From: Klebsormidium nitens
Lineage: Eukaryota > Plantae > Klebsormidiophyceae
Direction: 5' to 3'
Assembly (NCBI GenBank): GCA_000708835.1
Contig: DF236999.1
Location: 212,627-276,626, forward strand
Length of the DNA: 64,000 nucleotides
The notes beneath the pieces were generated by a model. That model did no database searches. It was not told the DNA's origin and saw only the letters and a program-made list of their open reading frames with translations. The position numbers were made by a program, and so were the translations under genes. This document shows positions 1 to 14,615 of this stretch, piece by piece (within the stretch, counting starts at the first letter, position 1; the number at the start of each line of letters is the position of its first letter).

Positions 1-3000
1 TCTTAACCCCTCCAGGTTTCTCTGGGTTAGCCTTAGCCGAGAGTCGGACTCGCTGACCGCCCGCAGTGCCGCCGCGAGCTCGGTTTCCAGCCTAACCTTC
101 TCCTTAACCAGCTCGTCCACCTGGGCACGTGCCTCCTCCACCTCGCGCACCTCCGCCTCACGCTCGAAGATCGGGTTAGCGTACTGGTTAAGGAACGAGT
201 TGTCGCTCTCGTCCAGCTCCCAAGCTTCCCGCGTCGGCGTGACCCCCAGCAACCCGAGCTGCGACAGTGCTGGCGAAAATGGTCCCAACGGGGGTTTCTT
301 TGCTTGCTCTGCACCCCCCCTTTCCGGTGCGTCTCGTACCAACTCACTGCCCGTCTGCCCCTCCTTTTGCAAACCCCGCGTTTCCGTCGACGCTCTTTCT
401 GTGCCCGCCTTTCCGGTCTGTTCCGCCTCACGAGTGGCGGACTCCGTTGTCATCGCTTGCGTTCCCGCCTCCATCTTTTTCCCCTGGAGCGCACCCGCCG
501 CCTCCCCTTCCTTTTCCAGCGCAGCGAGCTTCTCCCCCTGCCACGTCAGCAGCTTCACCTGTTCCTCCGCCTCTTCTTCCAGCTTCCGCAAGTGCTCTCG
601 GAGCGCCGCGACCTCGGGAGACTCTTCGGAAGCCGCTGCTTCCGTTTGGACCCCCACGTCACTAGCCTCTACACTTCCACCTTCCGGTTCCCTTTGCGCA
701 CCCTCTGATGTTGTCTGCTTACCCTCTCGTTCCCTCTGCAAAGCATCAGGCTTTCCACTTAGCTCTTTAAGCGCACCAGTCAAGCCCTCGCGGGACTCTA
801 CCACTTGCGACTCACTCTCCTTCCCTAAACTAGATTGACGCACGTCAGCTCCTGCCACTGTCCCCCCCTCCAGAGTTTCCAGCGTCGACTTCAGCACCCG
901 TGCTAGCTTGGCATTGCGCTCCCGCAACCCATCCGCGTCGCTCCTCCCCTTCCCACCCCACATCTTGCCAAAGCCCCCGAACCTCCGGCCGTCCGCCGCC
1001 TCGCTCGGACTGTCCAACTCGTCGACCACTCCGGACGCCAAAATCTCCCGTACTGCCACGTGGACCGTCTCCTTGAGGGCCGCCAATTCCGTCTGCGGTA
1101 AGTCCGATGCAGACCCCTCAACTCCCACCCCGCCACTACAGTCACCCGTTTTTCCTGCCACCGTTTCCTTCCCCTTCTCTTCGCTACTCCCCGCAGATTC
1201 GTCTTCTGTTGTCCCACTCTCTTCCACACCAGCACTGCCTGCGGGCCTCTCTCCCTCCTCGTCGATCCTCGCCAAAGGCCCCACACTCCGCGCCTCTCGC
1301 ACCCTCCCCTCCAACCGCACCAATTCCTTTTTCACCCCCTCGTTCTCGCTCGCAAGTTCTACATTCTGCTTTTTGAAACTCTCCGCTGCCGCCTTCGCCC
1401 GCGCGCTCTCGTCTCGCGCCTTCGCTAGCCCCGCCTCTAGTTGCCGCACTCTTTGCTTGAGGCCCTGTATTTCGTCCTCCCGCTCCTGGACCTGCGCCCG
1501 CCGCCTGTGGACTTCGGCGGCAAAGTGCCGCCCCTCCTCCACCAGGGCCTCCATGATCGACGCCTGGGCGCGCAGCTCGTCACGCTCTGACGTCAGCTGA
1601 CGTACCTGGGCGGTGAGAGACGAAGAATAAGCGGAAAGGCTGGAAGCCTGCATTGGAGGGCTCTGCATGAGCCATCTTCGCCCACCCGACCAATGAGAAC
1701 GAATCAGGAAGGATTAAATATTTAAGGGCTGCCGTTCATGCTCCCCATTCGAAGAACGGGTTCATCTTGGAAAATGCACTTTTGCACGGCCCAAGAGAAG
1801 ACGCACTTTAGAACGAGGCCAGATCGACCGCTCAGATCGAAGGCAGCGGCTCGATCGAGCGGTTCATGCATTCGGCAGACTGTTCGGACAAGCTTCGGCC
1901 CCCTTACTTGGCGCTCCTTTTGCACCCGCTCCACGTCGGCCCAGTTCTTGAGCGCAGACTGCTGGGTCGCCTTCCGGTTGTACTCCTCCTCTAGTTGGCT
2001 CTCCACGGCTGCGCGCTCCGCCTGGGCCGCAGCCAGCGATGACGCCATCACCTGTGGGAATGACGTCACAAGCATTGAGGGAGCTGCCAGCTTGTTACAG
2101 ACCCCTAGTTCCGAGGCACAAGTCTCCAAGCAGACTCGCTGTTTCGGAGATTCGTCCTAGGATCTTGTAAGGTTCCGCGTTGATCGAGTGCTCATCTGCG
2201 GTCATCAGGGCCAATGAGAACGCTAGTACCAATCACGTGGTATGCAAAGTACAGACCCGGTACAGGCTTTATCTAGACCGGCAATTACAAAGCTGTGCGC
2301 GGACTGGAGATGCGAAGCTGGTGTCTCTGGCAGTTTCCAGTCGACACGGAACCTAACGTCCAGCACGATAACCATACGGCGTCAATCCACAGGACTTCAG
2401 ACACATCCTTCCCGCAACACTCTGGAGACGAGTAACCCATTGGAAGCCCACCTTTGCATTCTCCTCTGCCGCCTGCGCCCGACTCTCGGCCGCCCGCCGT
2501 GCCTCCCGTTCTTCTGCCAGCTGGCGCCCCACATCCCGCACCTCCTTCCCCTCTCCCGACAGCCCCACTGCCGAGCCATTCCCACCGCTCCTTGCATCTA
2601 CCGAGCCCCTGCTGGGTTTCAACGGGGATGCCGGCACCGCTTCCAAGGGCCCCATGCTCCACTCAGGAGACACCCCCCGACCCCTTTCCTCCTGCTCAAT
2701 CAACCCAGTTGACACACCGGTTGATGCGCCAATCGGCCCACTGCTGTTTATGGTCTCTGCCCCGGTTGTTGCAAGCTGGCTCTCCCCATCCCGGCTGCTC
2801 AGAGCCCCCTCCGGAGAGTCGGTCTCCACTTCTCCGCTGAGTTCGATACTGACCATGTCATCCAGGCTTCCGCGCCGCACCGGCCCTGCGACACTGTCGA
2901 ACCTCTTCTGCAGGTTTCGAACGGTCGTCTGTTTGGGTCGCCCCGCGCCGCCATCGGTCGCAAACTCGGGCGTCACCGGCTCCTCAGGAAGAACAACTGT

Positions 3001-6000
3001 CAACGGTTCCGTGCCCGGGGCCTTCCCCCGACCGCTCGACAGGTGCTTCAGGGCGCTCATCAGCTGGATGGGCTTGGCCCGGCTTCGCCTGTTAGAGCCC
3101 CCAGGAGACTTCACCGACCTCCGATATGGAGGGGAGTGCACTTGCACAGCTTGCTTCCTGGATTTCGAAGCAGCTTTCTTGGCGGAGCCTGTGCGTTGCC
3201 CCGCCGTTTCAGACGAGTAGTCTAAGTCCTCCCCTTCTAGCTCGGTGATAAGCCCCGGCCTCTGTCCCGTCGTCCGCGTTTCTTCCCCCGGCTCCATTTT
3301 AGCGATAATCCGCGCCGGCAGATCGTCTTCCTTTCCGGCAGGTTGGGCCTGTAAACCGTTGCCCCGAACGAGAGGCCCTGTTGGGTTTGCCGTCCACAGC
3401 GTTTGGGGGAGAACAAGCCCAGAGTCGCTCTTCCGACGAGGCCTCGGATTGGGCGCCCACAAACTTGCCCCGTCAGCCACTGTTCTCAAGCCTTCAGCCC
3501 TTGGCGCAGCCGGCTTCCTCGTCTCGACTCCCTCCGCGTCCCCCCTGTCAGCTCTAGGCTCCCGTTCCGGCTCTGCCGGCACCGCCACTACTTCTGTTCG
3601 TTTCTGTGCTTGCGTAGAGACATCCAAAATGGGGTCTCTACGCTCTGACTGGTCCTCTTCAGTTATCAGTTGGTTCGCACTACCGGAGGTCGCGACACGC
3701 TCCATATTCGGAGCAGTTTCAGCTCTACCCTCGAGGGACGTCCGTTTTAGTGCGGCCAAAGGAGGGCCACTTTGCGACGGAGTTGGTGGCACCGAGAAGA
3801 ACTCTTCGTTTCCGGAGCTGGCAACGGGGACCGCTTTCCCCGCATCCCGTAAAACACCTTCCACAAAGTTTTCCGAGACGACCAACGTCGCCGCACTTGT
3901 AACACTGCTCCTCACGACTTGCTCACCCGGGCCCCTTTCTACGTTCGCCTTCGCCGGAGCCTGTGTATTCGACTCCGTCGCAACGCTCTTCCCCCTTCCA
4001 ACCCCCTCGAGGCCGCTCGTAAGCGAAGCAGGCAGAATGGTTCGGCCCCAGTACGAGTCCGTTTTGCTCGACCGCTGGTTCTGCCGCTGTGCGGCCGCCC
4101 TGCTACTAATGGGCAGGCTGCTGATGTCCAGCATCTCCCCAATGCGGCTCAGCCGCCGCTCGATGCTGTCCGGATCAACCACCCTTTCAGAGGTGTAGCC
4201 GTTCTCTGTCTCAACGGGAGGAACGCCTGACGTGGAGGCAAGCGCAGGACGCCCTTGGCTGACACCAGCCACATTGGCATCCGCCTCTCCTTGCCCGGCT
4301 TCGGTAACAGAAAGAGCGCCGTCGACTGGCAACCCTGCAACACTAGTTGCGTCCGACTCCCCCACCCTTTTCCGTTCAAAAGCGTCAGACCCCCGAGAGT
4401 CTGCCCCTTCCTCGTTCTCCGCTTTCGCTTCTCCGTAGGTCCCCTCTTCTCTATACCCGTCTCCCTTCGACGCCACTGGCCCTTTCGTGAATATTTCAAC
4501 GCCCCTACGCGCTGCCAGGGGAGCGCTGTCCCCACCGACTGGACTTCCCAGCATGCCGTGCAACTGTTTGCGTTTCTGGTCGAGCGCGACTTCAAGAGCG
4601 GCTTCCGCAGCCAAGGACTCGAGGGCCAGAGACGGCCTGGTGCCAGAGGGGGCGCCAAAACCGGGGGCTGTGCTGCCGAAAGCGGAGCTGGCGTGTCCGA
4701 GGGCCTGGTGAGGAGAGAGAATCATCAAAGGAAGTGCATGCCGCTTGCCACAGGCCAATGACGAAGTGACACGTCTTGTTACCAGGTAGAAATATTGCGT
4801 TACAATCAAGGTTGAATTGCGTCCAGCTTCAGAGAACCTTTGGCTGGGTAGATATGACCTGCGACTGGAGTCAGCACTGATCCCCCACGAGTTCCAAGAG
4901 GGCTGCCTCTGCCCATCAGAACAAGCAAAAAGTGTCAGGGGGGCCATACCTGAGGTGAGGGCTGAGGGGACGGAACGTTGCTGTCACTGTGCTCCCAGTA
5001 CGTCTGTGCAGCAGACTGCAGGCGGGCTTCTAAGCTGATTGTCGAAGCTCCTGCACCCAGAGCAGGACAACTACCTGATTGAGCGCGGAAGGATCTGCAA
5101 AAAGCTCTTCCCGGCGTAGACGCATTGGTCTATCTCTTGTAAGGAAATGAAAGGAACACGCAGGAGAGCCCCAGATGTTGCGGAACCTTGGGAGGTAAAG
5201 TAAGGAGACGTACCACGACCTACGTCCGAACTTGGACATCCTTTCACAGCATCAGACTCAGGGTTGTGCCCAATTGCGCGCGCGTTTGACAGAAGATTAC
5301 AGACAGACATGTAATGGACCGGTACTGGTTGGGCAATAGTCGAACATGTGTAGAGAAAACATGGGACACTCACCTCCGGTGGTTTTCCCTCCTTCTCTGT
5401 CGGGATCAGCGAACTCACGGGCAGTGCTCGGAAACCAGTGGCTGCCTCTACTGACTTCCGTTTGAAGTCTTCTGTCTCCTGGTGCCCCCCTGTAGTGGTT
5501 TGCTCTAGCTGTCGCCGAAAGAGGGTCGTTTAACCCAGAAAACGCCCTGCTAGGTTGGTAAGCGGGGTATGCAGAGGCTGTAGACCCTTCCAGCCAAGAT
5601 GACTGGCTAGGATAGGAAGGGCTGGAAGTCTGCGATTGCTGTGGCTGGAAGCTGGGCATATAAGAAGCCGGTTGCGTCCTCTGTGAGTCTACAAACAAGC
5701 TGGACGACCCGTTACGAACAGTCGGTGGCTTTTCTTGCCAGGGGTAGCTGCTTGTGTGATCGAAGGGGGTAAAGACCCTAGATGGCTTGTGGAAGGTATG
5801 TGATGGCAATTGGAGCGGCTCAACCAGTGGTCTTTTTGATGCCTGAGAGCTGCTCGCTACATGATTGGTGGCTTGTCTCCTTGGACTTCTTTGGTAGCTT
5901 GGCTCAGGGTAAAATGCTGACGTCTTTGAGCTCAAGACATCTGCACGAGTGTCCCAATGCCTACCAGGGGCACCAGACGTCCTACTGGTTGCAGTATCAT

Positions 6001-6157
6001 ACTGCAACTGAGTATGCCCTTCAGGAGGATTCAGATCAAACGCTATCGAAATTGGCCTCAAGCCTTGCGGCTGGGATGAGAGCTGAGCCCATCCGTTTGC
6101 ACTGCGGAGATCAGCAATGGGTGCCGCAGTCTCGTGCCACGGAGCGCTGCGGCCCAA
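1..6157 (-). CDS. Large low-complexity/coiled-coil protein, multi-exon, 3' end beyond the window
   Basis: Minus-strand exons: about 6150-5374 (S/P/Q-rich, donor G|gtgagt), a large exon about 4707-2452 inside the 864-aa ORF (donor AAG|gtgggc), 2051-1908 (VMASSLAAAQAERAAVESQLEEEY...KERQ) and 1647-1. The segments of the last exon that I translated are open and heptad-like (EREAEVREVEEARAQVDELVKEKVRLETELAAALR). Start codon and small exons at 4780-5200 and 2270-2370 are unresolved. No family recognised. Confidence 0.7.
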
Positions 6158-7273
6158 GACGGGCCGACGTAATTGCGCCCCCCTTGGTGGCGGTGCCTGT
6201 TTGGGCCCTCCTGAACTGTATGCATCTGGGGAAGAAAGTACTTTTAGTCAAGCCATGCAAGATCTGTGCAGTTGGTCAAGTAAGGTCCAGGTGATGGAAA
6301 GGGCAAAATCAAAGGCGTTTCCTGAGCACACCAAGACAATTCAAAGGTAAACCCTGGACTAGCCAGCCTCACACAATTCTAGCTGGAAAGCCCCTGGAAA
6401 GCAAGCAGTTTTGAGTTTTCAATAGTGAGTCAGCTGACTTACCACGCTCCTTTGCAGCATATCTGCTTGGAGAGAGGTCCTGATATGGCCCCATGGCTGC
6501 ATTCCCTTTTGCCAGTCCCTTGACTGCCAGCGAGGGCAGTCAGTCCCTTAGTGTTCAGAATGCAGCTGACATTGGGTGTGGGTATGTTCCTCGTATACAA
6601 CATAGGCTTCTCGAACCTGGCAGACTATGATTCCAAGAAAGCACCTTTTAAGTTCGAACCTGGAAACCTCCACTTTTCAAGGCATGCTTTTCAGCACCTG
6701 GTTTTGGAACCCTAATTTTGAAGCTCGGCGTACATTGAAGCCCCAGCTTTGGACTTCACGAACAATGTACCTGTGTGTTCAAATTGCAGAATGGCGCCCG
6801 AGAACACCTTCTGATGAGAAGCCTGCTGTTTGGAAACCTCAAAGCCTTTCTCACGAGCTGATGAGGACGCCATCAGGAGGACGTACACGGTACAGTCCCG
6901 AGTACTCTAGATAGTAACAGTATCAGAGTACACTGTGTCAGTGTGTGTACAGTCAGAGACTAGACTCGGAGTCAGAGTCATTGTCCAACCCGGAGTCGCT
7001 TCCTTTGGAAAGTCGAATTGGCGCCACTCGACCGGCCGGTTGGTACTGCCCAAGGGAAAGATGAGAACCAAGGGGCGAATCGAAGCTGTCCGATCGCTTG
7101 GACTTGACTTCGTGTGACAATCTGGCCGTCTAGAGTCTGAGCACATTGTCCTGTGCGGCCGGTCCATGTCTCCGTGCCGAACTAGGATGTGATCGAATGC
7201 TGCGGCAGCCGTGCAGATGACGGATCAAAATTTTGGAGGTGCTGATCGCCAGAGAGCGCTGTCTGACGTCGCA

Positions 7274-8178
7274 ATGGCGGGGGAAGGTGGGGTTCTGGAA
7301 AAGCAGCACTATTTCCAGGCGCAGAAGGCGTTCGTGCACCTGAAGGTAGGAACATCCAAAGACCCCGGCTGGTTGGATGTGTTCCCTCAATGGGAAGGAA
7401 TGAAGGAAAGAGGGACGCTTTGCTCTGGTTTCACGTCCAACATAGATTGATCAGGGAACTGTGATGTATCTGCGAGAGCCTTTTTCTACCCCTTGTGCAT
7501 GTGAGCTCTTTCACATTGAGCATCCTGGATTATTATGCTCCTCCGGACCTGACTTCCACAGGTTCGCATTGCAACAGGGCAAGCATGACCGGATCACAAG
7601 CGTAATCATCCCCGTAGCTTTTGTCAGCATCAGCGGCTTCCTTATGGTGAGCTTTTGCAATATGCATAGCTTAACAACATAATAGGGAATGTCAGATTTG
7701 AAGGGGATGGTTGAGATGCTCAAACATTCTTGTCTTGGTCCCGACTGACACTAGGCTTTTACCGTGAAAGTTGCACACTTGAATCCCAACGGCAGAAAGA
7801 TCAATAAGTGCCAGAATGCCCCACGTTTTTGGCTTGCCCGTTTGCGTGGCCACAATCAAGTACAAAAGCTTCCTCCTTAACTTTTATTAGGTCCATACTG
7901 CCTGAGCCTGTTTTGGAGCAAGACTATGAGAAATTGAAGTTTTTAATCTACTTCTGTACTCTATTCTCGCTTCAATTGCATATTCGATCTGGGTGAGTCT
8001 GTGGAGTTTGCTAACCTCTTTCGCTCCCTATGACCTCAGTTTTTGAGATCTACCTTTAGAGCTTTCTTCGGCCCTTTTTCTTCTAATCAAAGCCTGTCCT
8101 ACAAATGCCGTGAAAACGTTGCAGGTACGAGGTTTGGTACACATGGCACGAGGAACTGGGAAAATTGAAGGTACTTGA
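7274..8178 (+). CDS. Cytochrome c oxidase subunit VIIa-like, plant type (64 aa)
   Basis: Exons 7274-7345, 7578-7646 and 8125-8178 with GT-AG phase-0 introns give MAGEGGVLEKQHYFQAQKAFVHLK-GKHDRITSVIIPVAFVSISGFLM-VRGLVHMARGTGKIEGT*. This matches the recalled plant COX7a pattern LEKQxYFQ..KHTYLKG..DKITSVAIP...GRGIYNMSHGIGKKE. Confidence 0.85.
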
Positions 8179-9349
8179 GAGCATGAGAAGGATATGCTCA
8201 ATTGAAGCACCACATATATCAGTTGTTGTAGCTGCAACTTCAAGTTGACAACTTGCGGGGGAAGGCTCTTTGCCCCATCAGAGTCGACAACTTCCATATG
8301 AGCAGAACTATGCGGACTCTCTCATCCTAGTCATCGATTTGATATCATTTTGTGTTTGTTTTTGCGTTGTTTTTGCTGTACTTGTGCCACCATTTTTGTG
8401 ATTCTGAATTTAGCAACAAATGCAGCAAGCATATGGGTTGGTCTGATTCATACAATTGCGACGTAGGTTGTTCTTTCGCATGCTCAAGCACCCAGGCTCA
8501 TCCTGCAATGATCACTCAAGGGCACAAGGTGATATATACAAGTGCATGTGACTAGCTGTCTCGAAAATTTGTCATGTGCTTATTTAGTACGATCCTACTA
8601 ACAATGGTACTGACTTGTTCTCCCTGCCCGAGATCATGCAGAACTTTCAGACTCGAATGACCATGCAAATGTATATACTGCCGAACTTAGAGGCTTATCC
8701 GCACTTGTTGACCATCATTTATTGGCTGTGGCCTCCACGCTCGAGCTGATCGGCCTTTGTTGCGGAGAAAGTGCGATCTAGATCTTCGACATATATATGT
8801 CTTATGTATTGCCTCTTTACGTTTCTTTCCATGCGTTTCTTTCCGTGCCACTTAACCGAATACTTACTATAAATTAGGCCAGATCGCGGCGCAGTCGTGC
8901 ATTCAACTTGCCATGACACATGCACGATCAGTGATCGGCTCAGCCGATCTTAGCACAACATGATGTGCATATATGCATTGGAGCTCCGGCACAATCCAAT
9001 GAGGTCACGAATTGGTTCTCTTTGAAGAGCTTCTGTCGGAAGCTCTCATATCGGATTGCGGCACCTCGAGTCCTAGCACCTCAAGCGGCCATCATTGCAT
9101 GCACTCATGTCAGCCTGGTCCCATGGTCAGCCCTGCCATTGAGGATAATCCATGGTGCAGGGGCACCCTAATCCTATCTTCGTTTTACGCTCCAGATCCA
9201 TGGAAAATGGAAGGACCGTGCGTAGCGCCTTTTACATCCCATGACTCATGACACTAGCCAGTCTTGCACAGTCTTCCGGTAATTATGAGGTGTGTTACTA
9301 CGAGTAATCGTCTGATGAATTCAGAACCAATCAATGAAACCTGAAAGAG

Positions 9350-10711
9350 CTAGTGATTCAGATCTTTCCATACTTTGTAATCTGTGTCCGGATGCTTGGG
9401 ATCAAAGAGACCATCAGTACAAGAAACCAGATTAGTAGACAGCTGAGTATCGATGTTTATTACAGCATGAGCAATTGAAGCTCTTCCCACCGTGACTACA
9501 ACATCGTCTCTTTCAAGAACCACCTCGACATAGCCATGTTCGCTCTCAGGATTCTCCACCTGCAATGCAACATCAGGCCAATCGATGGGTTGTACCGGCT
9601 CCTGCCACATGAACAAATCCTGACCCTCAAAAGCGACCTCTCCCCACATCTTCTTATCAAACGCGAATCCAGACAGCTCTGTGAAGTTGGCAACTCAGAG
9701 CAGCACCAACAAAGCAAAAGCAACATACTATATAGGCTTCACTCTGGAGATCACTCTGGAGATCTGTAAGAGAAGCTGAGTCTCACCCTCCACTTCGTTC
9801 TTGCCCCCCACAGGATGAAAGTTTCATTCTTTGTGTGATGCCGGTGATTCCCCCTGGTCTTGCCAGGTAAGATGATGCCTAGGTGCACATCTTCACATAC
9901 AGCCGCCCCTTGACAAGGAAGTTCAGCTTTTGGTCAATTTTGAGAAAGGCAAGCCTCTGCAGTCGGCTCCCACTTTCACAACCGTCTCACTGCCCTTTAT
10001 CGAAACAGATTTCACATTCAAAGCATATAATATCCCCCAGTTCGTCAATTGCCTTTGCTCTTCACATCAAGCGCCCTCCAGATTCCAGTAAATTTTTAGT
10101 GGCACCGGCGAATCTTGCTCCTTATGATCAACTTTGCACTGCCGATTTTGCTGACAGGAAGGGGTGCCTCTGTTTGGCATCAGAGAAGTGCTTTACACAC
10201 TTTCTCATAGAGACGGTGGTTGTAAGGTTGAAACAGATACATACAAGAGGCAAGACACGATAACACGCCTAAAAAGTCAACAATTGTGGTTATAAAGTCA
10301 CACATCACACGTTCAATTATCACCAAATCAGCTCTGAGCACTGATAACCAGACTCGACTTCCATTCAAGCGAAGTGTGCTAAGCCCCATTGCCCAGAGGC
10401 TTACCTTGCAGACCTGCTTGATGGGCTGCCTCCCTTGGATCGACCATCCAGCCCCGGTCATCAGTTCTTGGATCTCCAGCCCCAGGTTGAAGATCTAGCC
10501 TCGCCAAATCAGCATCCAGATGGAGACCACGATCACTATTCGCAAGATTTTTATACGTCCTAGAAGACGACTTTGTTTCCGAAGGGACTGCAAGCAAATA
10601 GAGACCCAGCAGACCACCCAGCGCAACCAAGGAAACAAGAACAATTCTGACCTGCTTTGTAAAATCTGCCTTTGGCTGATAGAACTGCTGATACCTGTCC
10701 TTGTCGCCCAT
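9350..10711 (-). CDS. Type-II membrane-anchored RmlC-like cupin protein (212 aa)
   Basis: Exons 10711-10405, 9908-9787 and 9559-9350 join in frame. N-terminal TM VRIVLVSLVALGGLLGLYLLAV, then DDRGWMVDP, cupin motif 1 HLGIILPGKTRGNHRHHTKNETFILWG and motif 2 GRASIAHAVIN; ends DYKVWKDLNH*. Confidence 0.8.
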
Positions 10712-10941
10712 GTTTCTCACATGAGCTAGATGCGCTTTGCATGGGCTCTAGGCCACCAATGCCAATTATTTCAAGCGCGTGTTGCCATCACCCAGCTTTG
10801 TTACTCTAACCATTTAACCCTTGTTCTGAACCCCTCTTACACCACCTTCTAATCCAGGCCGTCCACTGACGATTTTCTGATGCGTTCACCACTCGATCTG
10901 CACTTCATTCTCACGTTCCCCCCAACCAACTCCTGGGTTAA

Positions 10942-13506
<2,565 letters not shown>

Positions 13507-14615
13507 CCTGTTCGAGGGGGCGCACGCCATCAGCTTTTTCTGACCGCAAGCTTCGTCGTTTAAAATTTTGGAATCATTCCTTTGGGTTTTCCAATCTTTC
13601 CGAGGTCTCATGACCGCTGGACTGTCATCACTCCATCCATGCGCGTGCTTGAGGATACATCATTTGGCTTTAGGTACATGATATACGTCGACTTCGGAGA
13701 TGTGCAATCAAGGCCTCGATCAGACCAATGACCATGCACATGCAATGACCGTCGGTCCGGTCCGCTCGAATCAAATCGTTGCATTGAACCTTCAGTGTTG
13801 AAAATGAGAATGCAATGACCGCATACTAATCTTGTGCTTAATGTTGAGCTTTCTGCAACTACCGTATGCCGGTCATCATGATTGTCAAATGCACTATGGA
13901 GTCTGATGATCTTTGAGTGCATTGTGAAGCTGAGTATATACATGGACGGTGCACCGTGACTGATGCATGGCTGCAGTCACACCCGGCATGCAGCATGCCG
14001 CGCCGGTCCGGGCGCGGCCCCAGCAAGCTCTCGACGTGCATGGCTGCTGAATACCTCGTAGAGATCGCGGCAGCCTAGAAGCCTTGCATTGGTCTACAAA
14101 TCAAAAATTCAGATATTGATCGCTTACAAATGTCCTGTCCAGCCCAGCTGCAGTGTCAGTGACTGTACCATACTGTCTGGCCCTATTTGCATGCATGTCC
14201 CAATTATTCGATGACATCCAGCCAATTGAGTCATTTGCCGCCAAAGCATGTGGCAAACTACTTGGCACAACGCCTGCGCATGTTGCATGGCATGTGTGAC
14301 CAAATGTTGTTATGGAACATTTTTGGTCGGGTCTGCTCATGTGATAGAAAAGTTGAGGAGTGTTTATGGAATCGGATCCGGAAAACAAAGATATAATGCA
14401 CCAACTTGATGGTGATACCCGACTATATCTAAGCCGGTTGTCTGAACGGTACAGGTAGACAACCGTCTTCGAGCCTCCGCTCTTATACGATTCTGATGCC
14501 GCAGCTTATCTAACTCCTAACAAAGAATATCAAAAGAAGCATGACCGCCTCAAAACAAATAGCAAAGAGCTTGCATAGACGTAGCTCCAAAGCACCTGGA
14601 ACAGGCTACAACCAA

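Noticed and set aside
200-4198. Long plus-strand ORFs (200-838, 908-1600, 3245-4198)
   Set aside because: S/P/L-rich antisense shadows of the minus-strand coiled-coil gene.
13997-14018. GC-rich hairpin gccgcgcc-ggtccg-ggcgcggc as a possible Helitron 3' end
   Set aside because: The nearest CTAG is about 55 nt downstream rather than about 10-15 nt, and no 5' TC end or A/T insertion site could be defined.
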